Source: Escherichia phage RB43
Direction: 5' to 3' (one strand)
DNA length: 64,000 nt
Sequence record: NC_007023.1
The notes beneath the pieces are model-generated. The model searched no databases. It was not told the origin of the DNA and saw only the letters and a program-made list of their open reading frames with translations. Position numbers and translations under genes: made by a program. This document shows positions 49,038-57,700 of the stretch, piece after piece. Every line of letters begins with the position of its first letter. The stretch's first letter is position 1.

Positions 49038-49562
49038 ATGAAATTACTTCATATGATCCGCGCCATAAAGCAAAGTCAGGGTTCTCGATGTATATCGAAC
49101 CGTGTAGGCGCTGTTATTGTAATGAATGGGCGTGTGGTTTCACAGGGTACGAATAATACGGTTGATTCTGATTGTCGATGCGCCGATCATAACAATCATA
49201 TGCTGAATGATGAAGGTAAGTTGAAAGCAATTCATCGACCAGAACATTCAGCATGGTCGAACGATAACGAAATTCACGCTGAAATGAAAGCGTTGCTAAG
49301 TGCTCATACTAATGGTATCATGCTTAATAACGCAGAGTTATACACAACCGCTTCACCGTGTCCGAACTGTGCAAAACACATCGAATGGTATGTTGCGATT
49401 GGTGCAATAACTTCTGTATATTTCCTCGATAAATACGATCGTGGTAATGATGAATGGATTTCGCGTTTGCAAAAATATGGTTGCAAAGTGGAACAAATTA
49501 AACGGGAAAAGTTGGAACCTCATATCAACTTTTCTAATGTAGTGTTTAACAACAATGAGTAA
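49038..49562 (+). CDS. cd: dCMP deaminase
   Basis: Zinc-binding HAEMKAL and PCPNCA motifs. Confidence 0.85.
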   Translation: MKLLHMIRAIKQSQGSRCISNRVGAVIVMNGRVVSQGTNNTVDSDCRCADHNNHMLNDEGKLKAIHRPEHSAWSNDNEIHAEMKALLSAHTNGIMLNNAELYTTASPCPNCAKHIEWYVAIGAITSVYFLDKYDRGNDEWISRLQKYGCKVEQIKREKLEPHINFSNVVFNNNE

Positions 49563-49566
49563 CAAA

Positions 49567-49911
49567 ATGTCTGAACTGAAAGTAAAAGCATCTTTTGAAT
49601 ATGTGATTATCGAAACTGTCGCGCGTCCTGCTGGTTCCGAAATCGTTTCAGAATCTGGATTCCTTATTGGAATTCGTCAGCAAGGCGAAGAACCGATTTC
49701 TGGTAAAATCGTTTCTGTAGGGCCGGATGTACCGGAAGAAAAAGCAAAAGAACTGTTGGGTAAAATGGTTCCTCTTCCGAAAGGTCATATGGCAAATGTT
49801 CCTGATCCAGATTTGGTGAAGGGTGTTATTAGCGCGGAAGATGCACGTACCAAAGAAGTAAAATACGTTTCCGCACATTATAAAGCTGTTCAAGCAATTT
49901 ACGAGATCTAA
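49567..49911 (+). CDS. 31: co-chaperonin gp31 (GroES-like)
   Basis: MSELKVKASFEYVIIE...VSVGPDVPEE resembles T4 gp31; follows cd as in T4. Confidence 0.7.
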   Translation: MSELKVKASFEYVIIETVARPAGSEIVSESGFLIGIRQQGEEPISGKIVSVGPDVPEEKAKELLGKMVPLPKGHMANVPDPDLVKGVISAEDARTKEVKYVSAHYKAVQAIYEI

Positions 49912-49913
49912 TC

Positions 49914-50165
49914 ATGGCTAAATCTATTCAAGCAATTATCGCTGATACTGTCAGCAAGTCTAAAAAACTGTTTGACAAAGGCGATATCCTGGAAGCCCCC
50001 GCGCGTATTGACGTGATGACAGCAATGATCATCGATGCGCATCAGGGTAAACTTAAATCCCGTGCCGATGAAGTCATGGCATACATCGTCCAGTTCGAAG
50101 ACGTATGTAAGTATGCGAAAGGTGTAGATCCGCTGGTACAAGAAATTTACCGTAAGCAGTTCTAA
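49914..50165 (+). CDS. hypothetical protein (83 aa)
   Basis: ORF track. Confidence 0.45.
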   Translation: MAKSIQAIIADTVSKSKKLFDKGDILEAPARIDVMTAMIIDAHQGKLKSRADEVMAYIVQFEDVCKYAKGVDPLVQEIYRKQF

Positions 50166-50171
50166 AAATTT

Positions 50172-50248
50172 GGCCCTTTAGCTCAATTGGTAGAGCGAAC
50201 CCCTCATAAGGGTGTGGTTTCCGGTTCGAGTCACGGAAGGGGCCACCA
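50172..50248 (+). tRNA. tRNA with CAU anticodon (Met, or Ile2 if lysidine-modified)
   Basis: Cloverleaf by hand: acceptor GGCCCTT/AGGGGCC, D-arm GCTC-AATTGGTA-GAGC, anticodon loop CTCATAA, T-loop TTCGAGT, 3' ACCA; T-stem carries one extra base. Confidence 0.6.
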
Positions 50249-50407
50249 AATTAGGGTGCTGGCGCAATGCCGTTAAATGGTTCCGAATATGCAACCGTAT
50301 CTTATGGGATCGGCTCTGTTGGTATCGGGTAATAGGTTCCCTGGAATGCAGGGTGAAGTAAAGAAACTCCCAGCCCACAAATTAAATTAAACTTAAAGAG
50401 AAATGAA

Positions 50408-50836
50408 ATGAATACATCTGGTCTGATTACCCTGTTTAAACTGGCTCCGAAAATGCGTGATATTCTTGTGCATCCTCATGGACACTATAACGAAGAACTC
50501 ATGCGACTATTTCAAGAAGAAATTCCTGATTTTGAACGCGTGTTTGGTGATGCGCTTACCGCATATTCTACACAGGGTTATCTTGCAGCACCGTTAGTAA
50601 ACAACCCCGAAGAATATCGACGGACTTATTTCAACTGGCAGATTATTACACTGATTAAGCGTAGCGGCATTACCCCGACAAACTACAAGCTTTTAACAGT
50701 TGACGCGTCGAAATTTTTGATCCAATATATGATCACGGGTGGATTCAAAAACGAACTCGTACCAGTTGATAATGATGCGTTGCTGGAAGAATTCGACGAC
50801 GCAAAACATTTAATCGATGCAATGAAATCTATGTGA
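50408..50836 (+). CDS. hypothetical protein (142 aa)
   Basis: ORF track; AAAGAGAAA before ATG. Confidence 0.5.
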   Translation: MNTSGLITLFKLAPKMRDILVHPHGHYNEELMRLFQEEIPDFERVFGDALTAYSTQGYLAAPLVNNPEEYRRTYFNWQIITLIKRSGITPTNYKLLTVDASKFLIQYMITGGFKNELVPVDNDALLEEFDDAKHLIDAMKSM

Positions 50837-50843
50837 GGTTTAT

Positions 50844-51125
50844 ATGCAGTTTCGTGAAAAGATGCTATATCATCCAGACGGACATTTTGAGCAAGTATTT
50901 GTTCCGATGTCTCCGGTTAAATTCAAAGAACCCTACGGCGTTACTTTTAAAGAGTGGAAATCAAACCTCCATAAAGACGACTACCGGAAGAAATTCAAAT
51001 TTAATGAATGCTACGTTGAAGATGATCCCTATGATCAGGACGTGTGCGGGGAAACAAACCCAATCATTGAACGAACACCGGAAGAACTTTACGAATCTGT
51101 AATAACCGCAGCATACGAAATTTAA
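50844..51125 (+). CDS. hypothetical protein (93 aa)
   Basis: ORF track. Confidence 0.5.
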   Translation: MQFREKMLYHPDGHFEQVFVPMSPVKFKEPYGVTFKEWKSNLHKDDYRKKFKFNECYVEDDPYDQDVCGETNPIIERTPEELYESVITAAYEI

Positions 51126-51166
51126 TCAACAGGCTATCTTCGGATAGCCTTTTTTCTGGAGAAACT

Positions 51167-51733
51167 ATGCGCTATTTAAAATACGCAAGCTGGATCTTAC
51201 TGGTTCCGGTAGACATTATCACAGGTGTTCTTGCTATCCTGTTAGCCCCCTTTGTGGTTCCGTTCTATGATGAAAAAGTAGGACATCTGCCTAAAGGGTT
51301 CCGATGGATGGAAACCTATGATAACCCGATTGATGGTGACGGTGGACACATCGAACGCTGGAAAGATATTCGCAAATGGGGCGCTGTCGGTGTCTATGCT
51401 CAACGTGTGGCGTGGCTATGGCGTAACAAGGCGTATAACTTCGCGTATCATGTGTTGGGGCGTGAGTCTATATCACACACCTACTGGAAAGGAAACAAAC
51501 TGGTAGACAGCAGTTCAAGCGATCCTAAACATCATGGCTTCCTGGTGATGTGGAACGAATCTGCGTGGGGTGTATTCGGTTTCGTGCCGTGGCTACGTAT
51601 CCATAACATTCAATTCTGTCTGCGTGTCTATTGCGGGTGGAAACTGAAATCGGAAGTAAACAACCCAGACAACAAAGACCGTGTGATGCTGGCATTCCAC
51701 ATCAACCCGTTCCGGTTCTATAAAATCAAGTAA
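51167..51733 (+). CDS. membrane protein (188 aa)
   Basis: N-terminal TM helices. Confidence 0.5.
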   Translation: MRYLKYASWILLVPVDIITGVLAILLAPFVVPFYDEKVGHLPKGFRWMETYDNPIDGDGGHIERWKDIRKWGAVGVYAQRVAWLWRNKAYNFAYHVLGRESISHTYWKGNKLVDSSSSDPKHHGFLVMWNESAWGVFGFVPWLRIHNIQFCLRVYCGWKLKSEVNNPDNKDRVMLAFHINPFRFYKIK

Positions 51734-51742
51734 AGGTAATAT

Positions 51743-52105
51743 ATGAAAGCGTATCAAATTTTAGAAGGTTTACATACTGGTACTATCTATCTGGAAGAAG
51801 GAAACGATGTTCGGATCGTAGTATCAAAAACTCTCGAAGTGGATTCAGTGATCGGAAAATCTCGCGTTGTACCATTCGCAAAACGTGAAGTTGATATTGA
51901 GTTTCAACCGACTGTTAAAGTTGAAGGTGGACAGCACCTAAACGTGAATGTGCTACGTCGCGAAACCCTGGAAGATGCTGTGAAACATCCTGAGAAGTAC
52001 CCACAGTTAACGATCCGCGTTTCAGGTTATGCAGTTCGCTTTAATGCACTGACTCCAGAACAACAGCGCGACGTTATCGCCAGAACCTTTACGGAAAGCA
52101 TGTAA
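51743..52105 (+). CDS. grcA: autonomous glycyl radical cofactor (GrcA/YfiD-like)
   Basis: C-terminal 70 aa nearly identical to E. coli GrcA as I recall it, including glycyl-radical signature RVSGYAV. Confidence 0.8.
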   Translation: MKAYQILEGLHTGTIYLEEGNDVRIVVSKTLEVDSVIGKSRVVPFAKREVDIEFQPTVKVEGGQHLNVNVLRRETLEDAVKHPEKYPQLTIRVSGYAVRFNALTPEQQRDVIARTFTESM

Positions 52106-52329
52106 TGTCTATTGAAGATATCAAGGGGTATAAACCCCATACTGATGAAAAAATTACGATCGTGAATCGTATCAAAGCAGCAGAAAATGAACTGGGTGCT
52201 ATCCTGGATGATCTTGATAAACGATATTCAGGTGATTACGCCTGTTCAGATCTGGAATCACACACAGAAAAAGAACTTGATGAAATGCTCGAACGTACAC
52301 ATCAAATTCAATGGCAAAAGACCGACTGA
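52105..52329 (+). CDS. hypothetical protein (74 aa)
   Basis: ORF track; ATGA coupling to grcA-like gene. Confidence 0.45.
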   Translation: MSIEDIKGYKPHTDEKITIVNRIKAAENELGAILDDLDKRYSGDYACSDLESHTEKELDEMLERTHQIQWQKTD

Positions 52330-52392
52330 AAGAAGCCTCTATGTGGGCGTGTCGTGCGGTGTTCCAGCCAGAAGAAAACTATTAAAATCAAG

Positions 52393-52419
52393 CCGTTGCC
52401 GAAAGGTGACGGCTTTTTT
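52393..52419 (+). terminator. rho-independent terminator
   Basis: GCCGTTGCCGAAAGGTGACGGC followed by TTTTTT. Confidence 0.55.
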
Positions 52420-52485
52420 CGTTTATATCGAAAATAATGCTTGCGTTGAATCCGGCTTTCTTGTATCTTTAACCACGTAGGCAAG

Positions 52486-52543
52486 ACAACTTAACTTTGA
52501 GGATGACATTATGAACAACTTAACTTTGAGGATGACATTATGA
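52486..52543 (+). repeat. perfect tandem duplication of 29 bp containing SD and ATG
   Basis: ACAACTTAACTTTGAGGATGACATTATGA at 52486-52514 and 52515-52543. Confidence 0.85.
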
Positions 52544-52828
52544 AAACTTACAACATGAAAGACCTGGTTGCTTCAAAACTCGTCGTGAAGCCCGTGCGTA
52601 TGTTCTGGCGGCTGGTAAAAATACCTCTGCTGTAATCGACCTGGGTACTGATAAAGAGGTTGGTGCTCGTTGGGCCGCTGTTGTGGTTATCGCTGTCCCT
52701 GTTACCCCTGCTAAAACTCTGGTTCTGGGTGCTCGCAATAGCGAAACTTTGAACACCAGCACTTGCAATAACAGAGGAGTTCATAGTGTCAAAGTGTTCA
52801 AACGTCGCAGCATTGGTGCGAGGGCTTA
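52511..52828 (+). CDS. internal-protein-like gene (MKTY N-terminus), frame broken
   Basis: ATG 52540 gives MKTYNMKDLVASK... but stops after 31 codons; 94-codon frame without start runs 52536-52828 and ends TAA overlapping next ATG. Confidence 0.3.
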
Positions 52829-53038
52829 ATGATGGTAAATTTCAAAGCAGGTGATCTTATTTCACCAAAGAACCGAGAATGCATTAAAGAGTTCCCATAT
52901 TGGGAAAATCTGGAGATTGTATCTTTCTGCTCTGATTTGTGTGAAGCGGTAGTACGTCAAAAGGATGGTTGGATGTGTAATCATTTTAACCTCGACCCAG
53001 AATTTGGTGAAGAGTTCGAAGTTGTTGGGAGTGTATGA
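52829..53038 (+). CDS. hypothetical protein (69 aa)
   Basis: ORF track; TAATG coupling. Confidence 0.45.
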   Translation: MMVNFKAGDLISPKNRECIKEFPYWENLEIVSFCSDLCEAVVRQKDGWMCNHFNLDPEFGEEFEVVGSV

Positions 53039-53039
53039 A

Positions 53040-53162
53040 ATGAGCAAAACCAAAGAATTAGAACAGAAAGTATTGGGGTTCATGAGTAACAGCGAAGATC
53101 GCTATGCGAAACACCTCATTGTTGAACTGATCACCGAGTACGCCGCCGTGACAAAGAGATAA
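53040..53162 (+). CDS. hypothetical small protein (40 aa)
   Basis: ATG 1 nt after upstream TGA. Confidence 0.3.
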   Translation: MSKTKELEQKVLGFMSNSEDRYAKHLIVELITEYAAVTKR

Positions 53163-53240
53163 AGATCTGAAAGATGAAAAGCGTGTGGTTCGCGAGGTTG
53201 TTGTAGAACCAGTTGAATACAACTTTGGCCCTGGTGGTGC

Positions 53241-53471
53241 ATGATGCGATATGGTAAAAAAGACTATGTTCTTATAGTCGGTCAGCAATACGTAAAGCGT
53301 GATTTCTTCGGCGAACTGTTCCTTTCGAACAATCCTGAATTGATGTACTCATTCGAAACGGAAGAAGACGCGTATATTGCTAAGAACAACAGCAGAAATG
53401 CAGATATTCGTAACTTTGCTCGCGTATACGAGCGCAACACTTTAATAACTTACGAGGCATGTGATCAATGA
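53241..53471 (+). CDS. hypothetical protein (76 aa)
   Basis: ORF track. Confidence 0.45.
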   Translation: MMRYGKKDYVLIVGQQYVKRDFFGELFLSNNPELMYSFETEEDAYIAKNNSRNADIRNFARVYERNTLITYEACDQ

Positions 53472-53698
53472 AATACGTTTTAGAATATTGCGAACATGAG
53501 TTCACCGAAGACATGATGAACAAAATGCGGGTGTATAACCAAAATATTACCAGCATCACCCCTGTTACAGCTTGTCGTGAATTCGTGGGTTATTCGTTTA
53601 CGATTTACACAAATTCAGAAGATGACGCAACCGCATATCTGAAAAGCATTAATGCAATCTTCGACAAATTCGAAAAAGTATGGAAGGTAGGTTACTAA
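53468..53698 (+). CDS. hypothetical protein (76 aa)
   Basis: ORF track; ATGA coupling. Confidence 0.45.
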   Translation: MKYVLEYCEHEFTEDMMNKMRVYNQNITSITPVTACREFVGYSFTIYTNSEDDATAYLKSINAIFDKFEKVWKVGY

Positions 53699-53859
53699 TG
53701 AATTTTATCAACGCAGCATACAAGAAATTTTCGACGCGCTGGAAGCCTGGAAGACACGCACAGACGTTTCTATCACTTCGGCATCCAACGGTACTACATA
53801 CGACCGTTACGACCCTTCTCGTGGCTTACACAAGCCGTATGAGACTAAGGAATCAAAAT
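53698..53859 (+). CDS. small protein, frame broken near T-run 53703-53706
   Basis: ATG overlaps upstream TAA; coding-like -1 frame (QEIFDALEAWKTRTDVSITSASNGTTYDRYDPSRGLHKPYETKESK) ends TGA overlapping next ATG. Confidence 0.3.
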
Positions 53860-54154
53860 GAAGTATTACGGGTTTAAAACGAGTCATTACGGTAAAGCGT
53901 ACCGAACTGATAACATCGATCGCAAACGTCCGTATTATGATTCTCTGGTACGTGCAGGTCGTAAACGTGCTCGCCAGGAAGGGAAGAAGGAAGGAGAAGA
54001 CCGTGGTTGATAATTCAGATCTGAATGAAGCACTTCGTTCTATTACTGCGAATACTAAACCGAAAAAGAGAACAGGAGAAATCATCTTTTTATGTGTATG
54101 GTATTTTGTGTTTAGCTTTGTTGTTGGCGCTGCATTTGCGAAATGGTTCTTATA
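53859..54154 (+). CDS. small basic protein with C-terminal TM, possibly frame-broken near 54005
   Basis: MKYYGFKTSHYGK... 50 codons, then +1 frame encodes hydrophobic tail IIFLCVWYFVFSFVVGAAFAKWFL. Confidence 0.3.
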
Positions 54155-54595
54155 ATGGATATCGGATCAGGTAGTCAATACCCATCATGCGCATTGAGCA
54201 ACTTTGCACCGCATCCGTTTACATTCGACGGGGTAGAATGTGCATCAATGGAGGGCTTTTTACAAAGTCTGAAATTTAGCAATCCAGATATGCAAGCGCA
54301 TGTGTGTACTCTGGTCGGTAAAGCCGCGAAGTTCAAAGGCAAAAAGAAAAAATGGTGGACAACTCAAACCCTGTATTGGAAGGGTATTCCGATACATCGT
54401 GAATCCGAAGCCTATCAGATCCTTATCGAAAACGCGTACAATGCGTTGTTCCTGAATGAAGGGTTTCGCCGTGCGCTGAAAGCAACCGGAAAAAGTACCT
54501 TGACTCATTCAATGGGAAAGAATAAGATGAATGAAACGGTGCTCACTGAACGTGAGTTTGTGCGAAATTTAACCCGACTAAGGGATCTGTTATGA
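54155..54595 (+). CDS. NADAR (YbiA/DUF1768-like) domain protein
   Basis: N-terminal LSNFAPHPFTFDGVECASMEGFLQSLKF matches NADAR core pattern SNF..P....DG......E..FQ..KF. Confidence 0.55.
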   Translation: MDIGSGSQYPSCALSNFAPHPFTFDGVECASMEGFLQSLKFSNPDMQAHVCTLVGKAAKFKGKKKKWWTTQTLYWKGIPIHRESEAYQILIENAYNALFLNEGFRRALKATGKSTLTHSMGKNKMNETVLTEREFVRNLTRLRDLL

Positions 54596-54857
54596 GTGAA
54601 AAAGAAAGAGTAGAATGCGTGTTCCTGTTCAAAGGCGCGATTAATCCATTAGCGTTACTGTATGCACAACATGCATTACGTTCAACGTTGATTCAGAGTG
54701 TTATCTATAAAGGCAGGTGTGTATTATGTTACCATCGGCGCAAATAACATGGTTGTTATTGAATCCTATGTTAAGGAATGCGCATCAAACGGCGTTGTCT
54801 TTGATAAAGTCGATTTTGATGCTGGGGTAGATGCTGTTTATATGTATAAGGGTTGAT
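54592..54857 (+). CDS. small protein, frame broken near 54700
   Basis: ATG overlaps NADAR stop; two consecutive frames each coding-like. Confidence 0.3.
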
Positions 54858-55055
54858 ATGAGTTACGTAGTTTATTTTGATTGTTCGGATCTCGATCCGT
54901 TCGTTCTTCAACAGGCAAAGAAATATCATCAAGATGTCGTTGGCATTGGTGTAACAAATGATGATATGTTGTGCATCGAATTTGAATATTATCGGACATT
55001 TGAGCGTGAACAATTCCTGGGTGAATTGAATGCATTCAAAAGTACCCTTTCTTGA
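54858..55055 (+). CDS. hypothetical protein (65 aa)
   Basis: ATG (MSYVVYFD) after TGATATG. Confidence 0.4.
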   Translation: MSYVVYFDCSDLDPFVLQQAKKYHQDVVGIGVTNDDMLCIEFEYYRTFEREQFLGELNAFKSTLS

Positions 55056-55073
55056 TCGTTATGAGGTTATATC

Positions 55074-55586
55074 TTGACAGAACTTGATGAACTCATTGAC
55101 AGTTTACGAATAGATTTCGAAGCTGGTAAGTGTTTCTGGGCTAAGAAGATAACCAAAAAGACTGTTGTTGGAGAAGAAGCGGGTTCCGTCCGTCCCGATG
55201 GTTATTGTAGAATCCGGTTCAAAGGAAAATATTACTACCGTCATCGAGTCATCTTTTATGCACGGAATAGGTTTCTTCCTGACGTTGTTGACCACATAAA
55301 AGAGGTTGACAATGGCGACGGTGTAGGTAATATTCAGGCAGCAACTCATCAACAGAATATGATGAAACAAAATATCAATTCGTTGAATAAATCTGGTTGC
55401 CCTGGTGTATCATGGGATACACAAAGAAACAAATGGCTTTCCACTATTAAAAAGGATGGAAAGAATATCTATATAGGTCGGTTTGCGTCTTATGATGACG
55501 CGGTTACTGCCCGAATTAACAAAGAAAAAGAACTATTTGGAAACTTTTATAATGAGCACAAACGCAAAGCCTGTAATTCTGACTGA
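55074..55586 (+). CDS. HNH homing endonuclease with AP2-like domain (paralogue of 16103..16600)
   Basis: YYRHRVIFYARNRFLPDVVDHIKEVD and GVSWDTQRNKWLSTIKKDGKNIYIGRFASYDDA. Confidence 0.7.
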   Translation: MTELDELIDSLRIDFEAGKCFWAKKITKKTVVGEEAGSVRPDGYCRIRFKGKYYYRHRVIFYARNRFLPDVVDHIKEVDNGDGVGNIQAATHQQNMMKQNINSLNKSGCPGVSWDTQRNKWLSTIKKDGKNIYIGRFASYDDAVTARINKEKELFGNFYNEHKRKACNSD

Positions 55587-56181
55587 TATTGACGGGATCG
55601 CCGTAAAATGGCAGTCGGGGTTGCCGTTCTTTTTGTCTAAACACAATATGCCTACTGATATTGCTCTGGACATGGTCACCGATGAAAGATTTCGTGATAT
55701 GACCGAAATATTCGGGTGTGATCACCAACTGGCTAAAATCCTGATGGAAGAATATAACAACAGTTCGTTTATTCGCTATCTAAGCGCGTATGACGATGCG
55801 TTAGTTGTGATCAACCGTCTGAAAGCCAAATATGATTTCGTCGCTGTCACGGCGCTGGGAACCACTCCTACGGCAAGTCTGAACCGTATTGCAAACCTGA
55901 ACACATTGTTCCCGTCTGCATTTCGTGAAGTGATGGTCGTCGGGCATGGTGAAACAAAAACACATCGTTACCTGGAAGCGAAAGCCAAATACGGATCGCG
56001 GTTGGTTTGCTTTGTTGATGACCTTGCGGTAAACTTAAACGAGTGTCATAACGTTATCAGTCAGTTGCCGTTATTTCACATGTTGCGTGGTGAACGTGAA
56101 CAACCAAATGTTCCGCACAGTATCGTAAAATCATGGTTTGAAATTGAAGAGAAATTAGATGATCTTATCAATATTGAATGA
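55552..56181 (+). CDS. HAD-superfamily hydrolase (possible 5'(3')-deoxyribonucleotidase)
   Basis: Motif I ILTDIDGI, motif IV CFVDDL; start overlaps HNH gene 3' end. Confidence 0.5.
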   Translation: MSTNAKPVILTDIDGIAVKWQSGLPFFLSKHNMPTDIALDMVTDERFRDMTEIFGCDHQLAKILMEEYNNSSFIRYLSAYDDALVVINRLKAKYDFVAVTALGTTPTASLNRIANLNTLFPSAFREVMVVGHGETKTHRYLEAKAKYGSRLVCFVDDLAVNLNECHNVISQLPLFHMLRGEREQPNVPHSIVKSWFEIEEKLDDLINIE

Positions 56182-57682
56182 ACTTGCATCGACTCTGAAA
56201 ACCTCAGAGAAGGAAGCAATTTTAAAACGTAATGCAAACAACCTATTGTTGAAAGAGATTTTCCGAATTACGTACACAAAACAGATTATGTTCTATGTGC
56301 GTAAGTTTCCCCAGGTGGACGGCAAACCAGGAACAACCCCGCTATCAAATGCAATCGCGGACCTGATGTCCGATTTAGCATCGCGGAAGTATACAGGTAA
56401 TGCAGCCCGCGATCGCCTGATGGATATTGTGTCATCAGTAAACGAGAACGATCGCGAAGTGTTGCGCCGTATCATTAACCGCGATCTTGAATGTGGTGCG
56501 GGTACAACTCTGCCAAACCGCGTATGGAAGAAACTTATTCCAGAACAGCCTCAATGCCTCGCTACGCCGTTTAGTGAAAAAGCCTTAAAACGTATTCGCT
56601 TCCCTGCTTACTCTCAGCTTAAAGCCGATGGTGCGCGTTGTATGTCGGATCTGTTAGAAGACCAGATTCGCAAAGCAACCCGCGCTGGAAATGAGTATAC
56701 AGGTTTGGTTGATCTGGATAAGGATTTGAAAAAGATCCGCGAATATCTGGGTTATGATGTTGTGCTGGATGGAGAATTGATTTATGTCCCTACTGAAAAA
56801 GCTGTTATCGAACCTGCAAGCGGGATTCCTTTTAGTCTTGCTGGGTTTATGGATGATGACGACGATGATATTTCTGGTCTTGTGGCAGATGTTCGACGGG
56901 AAACTACCGAGAACGAAACACTGGAAGAAGCGAAACGCGAAGAGGGCAACGGGATTGTAAACAAATCCCTGAAAGGCACTATTAGCGACGAAGAACAGCG
57001 CAACATTGTATATGTTGTCTGGGACATCATACCGTATGAAGTTTATTATGGCGATGCTCCGAGTGTTCAACCGTATTGCGATCGTTTGTCTATCCTGGAT
57101 GGTGCTCTGGCTGGTTCTGGGGTATCGTGTGTTAAGTTAATCCCTTCTCGCGTTGTGTATAACATTGCAGAAGCAAAACTGGATTACAACAACTATCGAA
57201 ATGACGGTAAAGAGGGTTCTATCCTGAAAAATACCGATTTCGTCTGGAAGGATTCACGCGTTGCGGACCAGGTTAAGTTGAAGAACAAAACCCCGATTGA
57301 ACTACGGATCATCGACGTATACGCGCATACCAAAGAACCCCATAAAGTAGGTGGTTTTGTGGTTGAAGACTTATCAGGCGAAGCCAGGACAAACACAGGT
57401 TCCGGTCTGACTGATACAGACTACCGCTATGATGAAGATGGTATTACGCGTGTGTATATCCCGTTAGAAGAACGCGGAGAACTGGATCGCGAATACATCA
57501 TGGCGAACAAAGATGACTATATCGGCGCTATCGTCGAAATGGAAGTTGACGGACTCCAGAAGTCTAAGACGCGTAAGAAGGGCGAACCTGAATACAGTTT
57601 CTTCTTACCAATCATCAAGAAGATTCGACGCGACAAGACCGAACCGGATGACATTCACGTTATCTTTGCAGATTTGTTTTAA
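56159..57682 (+). CDS. 30: ATP-dependent DNA ligase
   Basis: MILSILNELAS N-term, KADGAR adenylation motif, colinear with T4 ligase. Confidence 0.9.
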   Translation: MILSILNELASTLKTSEKEAILKRNANNLLLKEIFRITYTKQIMFYVRKFPQVDGKPGTTPLSNAIADLMSDLASRKYTGNAARDRLMDIVSSVNENDREVLRRIINRDLECGAGTTLPNRVWKKLIPEQPQCLATPFSEKALKRIRFPAYSQLKADGARCMSDLLEDQIRKATRAGNEYTGLVDLDKDLKKIREYLGYDVVLDGELIYVPTEKAVIEPASGIPFSLAGFMDDDDDDISGLVADVRRETTENETLEEAKREEGNGIVNKSLKGTISDEEQRNIVYVVWDIIPYEVYYGDAPSVQPYCDRLSILDGALAGSGVSCVKLIPSRVVYNIAEAKLDYNNYRNDGKEGSILKNTDFVWKDSRVADQVKLKNKTPIELRIIDVYAHTKEPHKVGGFVVEDLSGEARTNTGSGLTDTDYRYDEDGITRVYIPLEERGELDREYIMANKDDYIGAIVEMEVDGLQKSKTRKKGEPEYSFFLPIIKKIRRDKTEPDDIHVIFADLF

Positions 57683-57700
57683 ATAGCACTTTTTGTTAAA

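Noticed and set aside
50178-50378. 66-aa minus-strand ORF overlapping the tRNA and downstream region
   Set aside because: Overlaps the tRNA gene on the opposite strand, has no SD, and falls in a region better explained as RNA-coding or regulatory.
52538-52784. Two overlapping minus-strand ORFs (76 and 78 aa) opposite the internal-protein-like gene
   Set aside because: Ala/Thr/Arg-rich low-complexity translations with no SD; the plus strand shows coding-like third-position bias and stop/start coupling instead.
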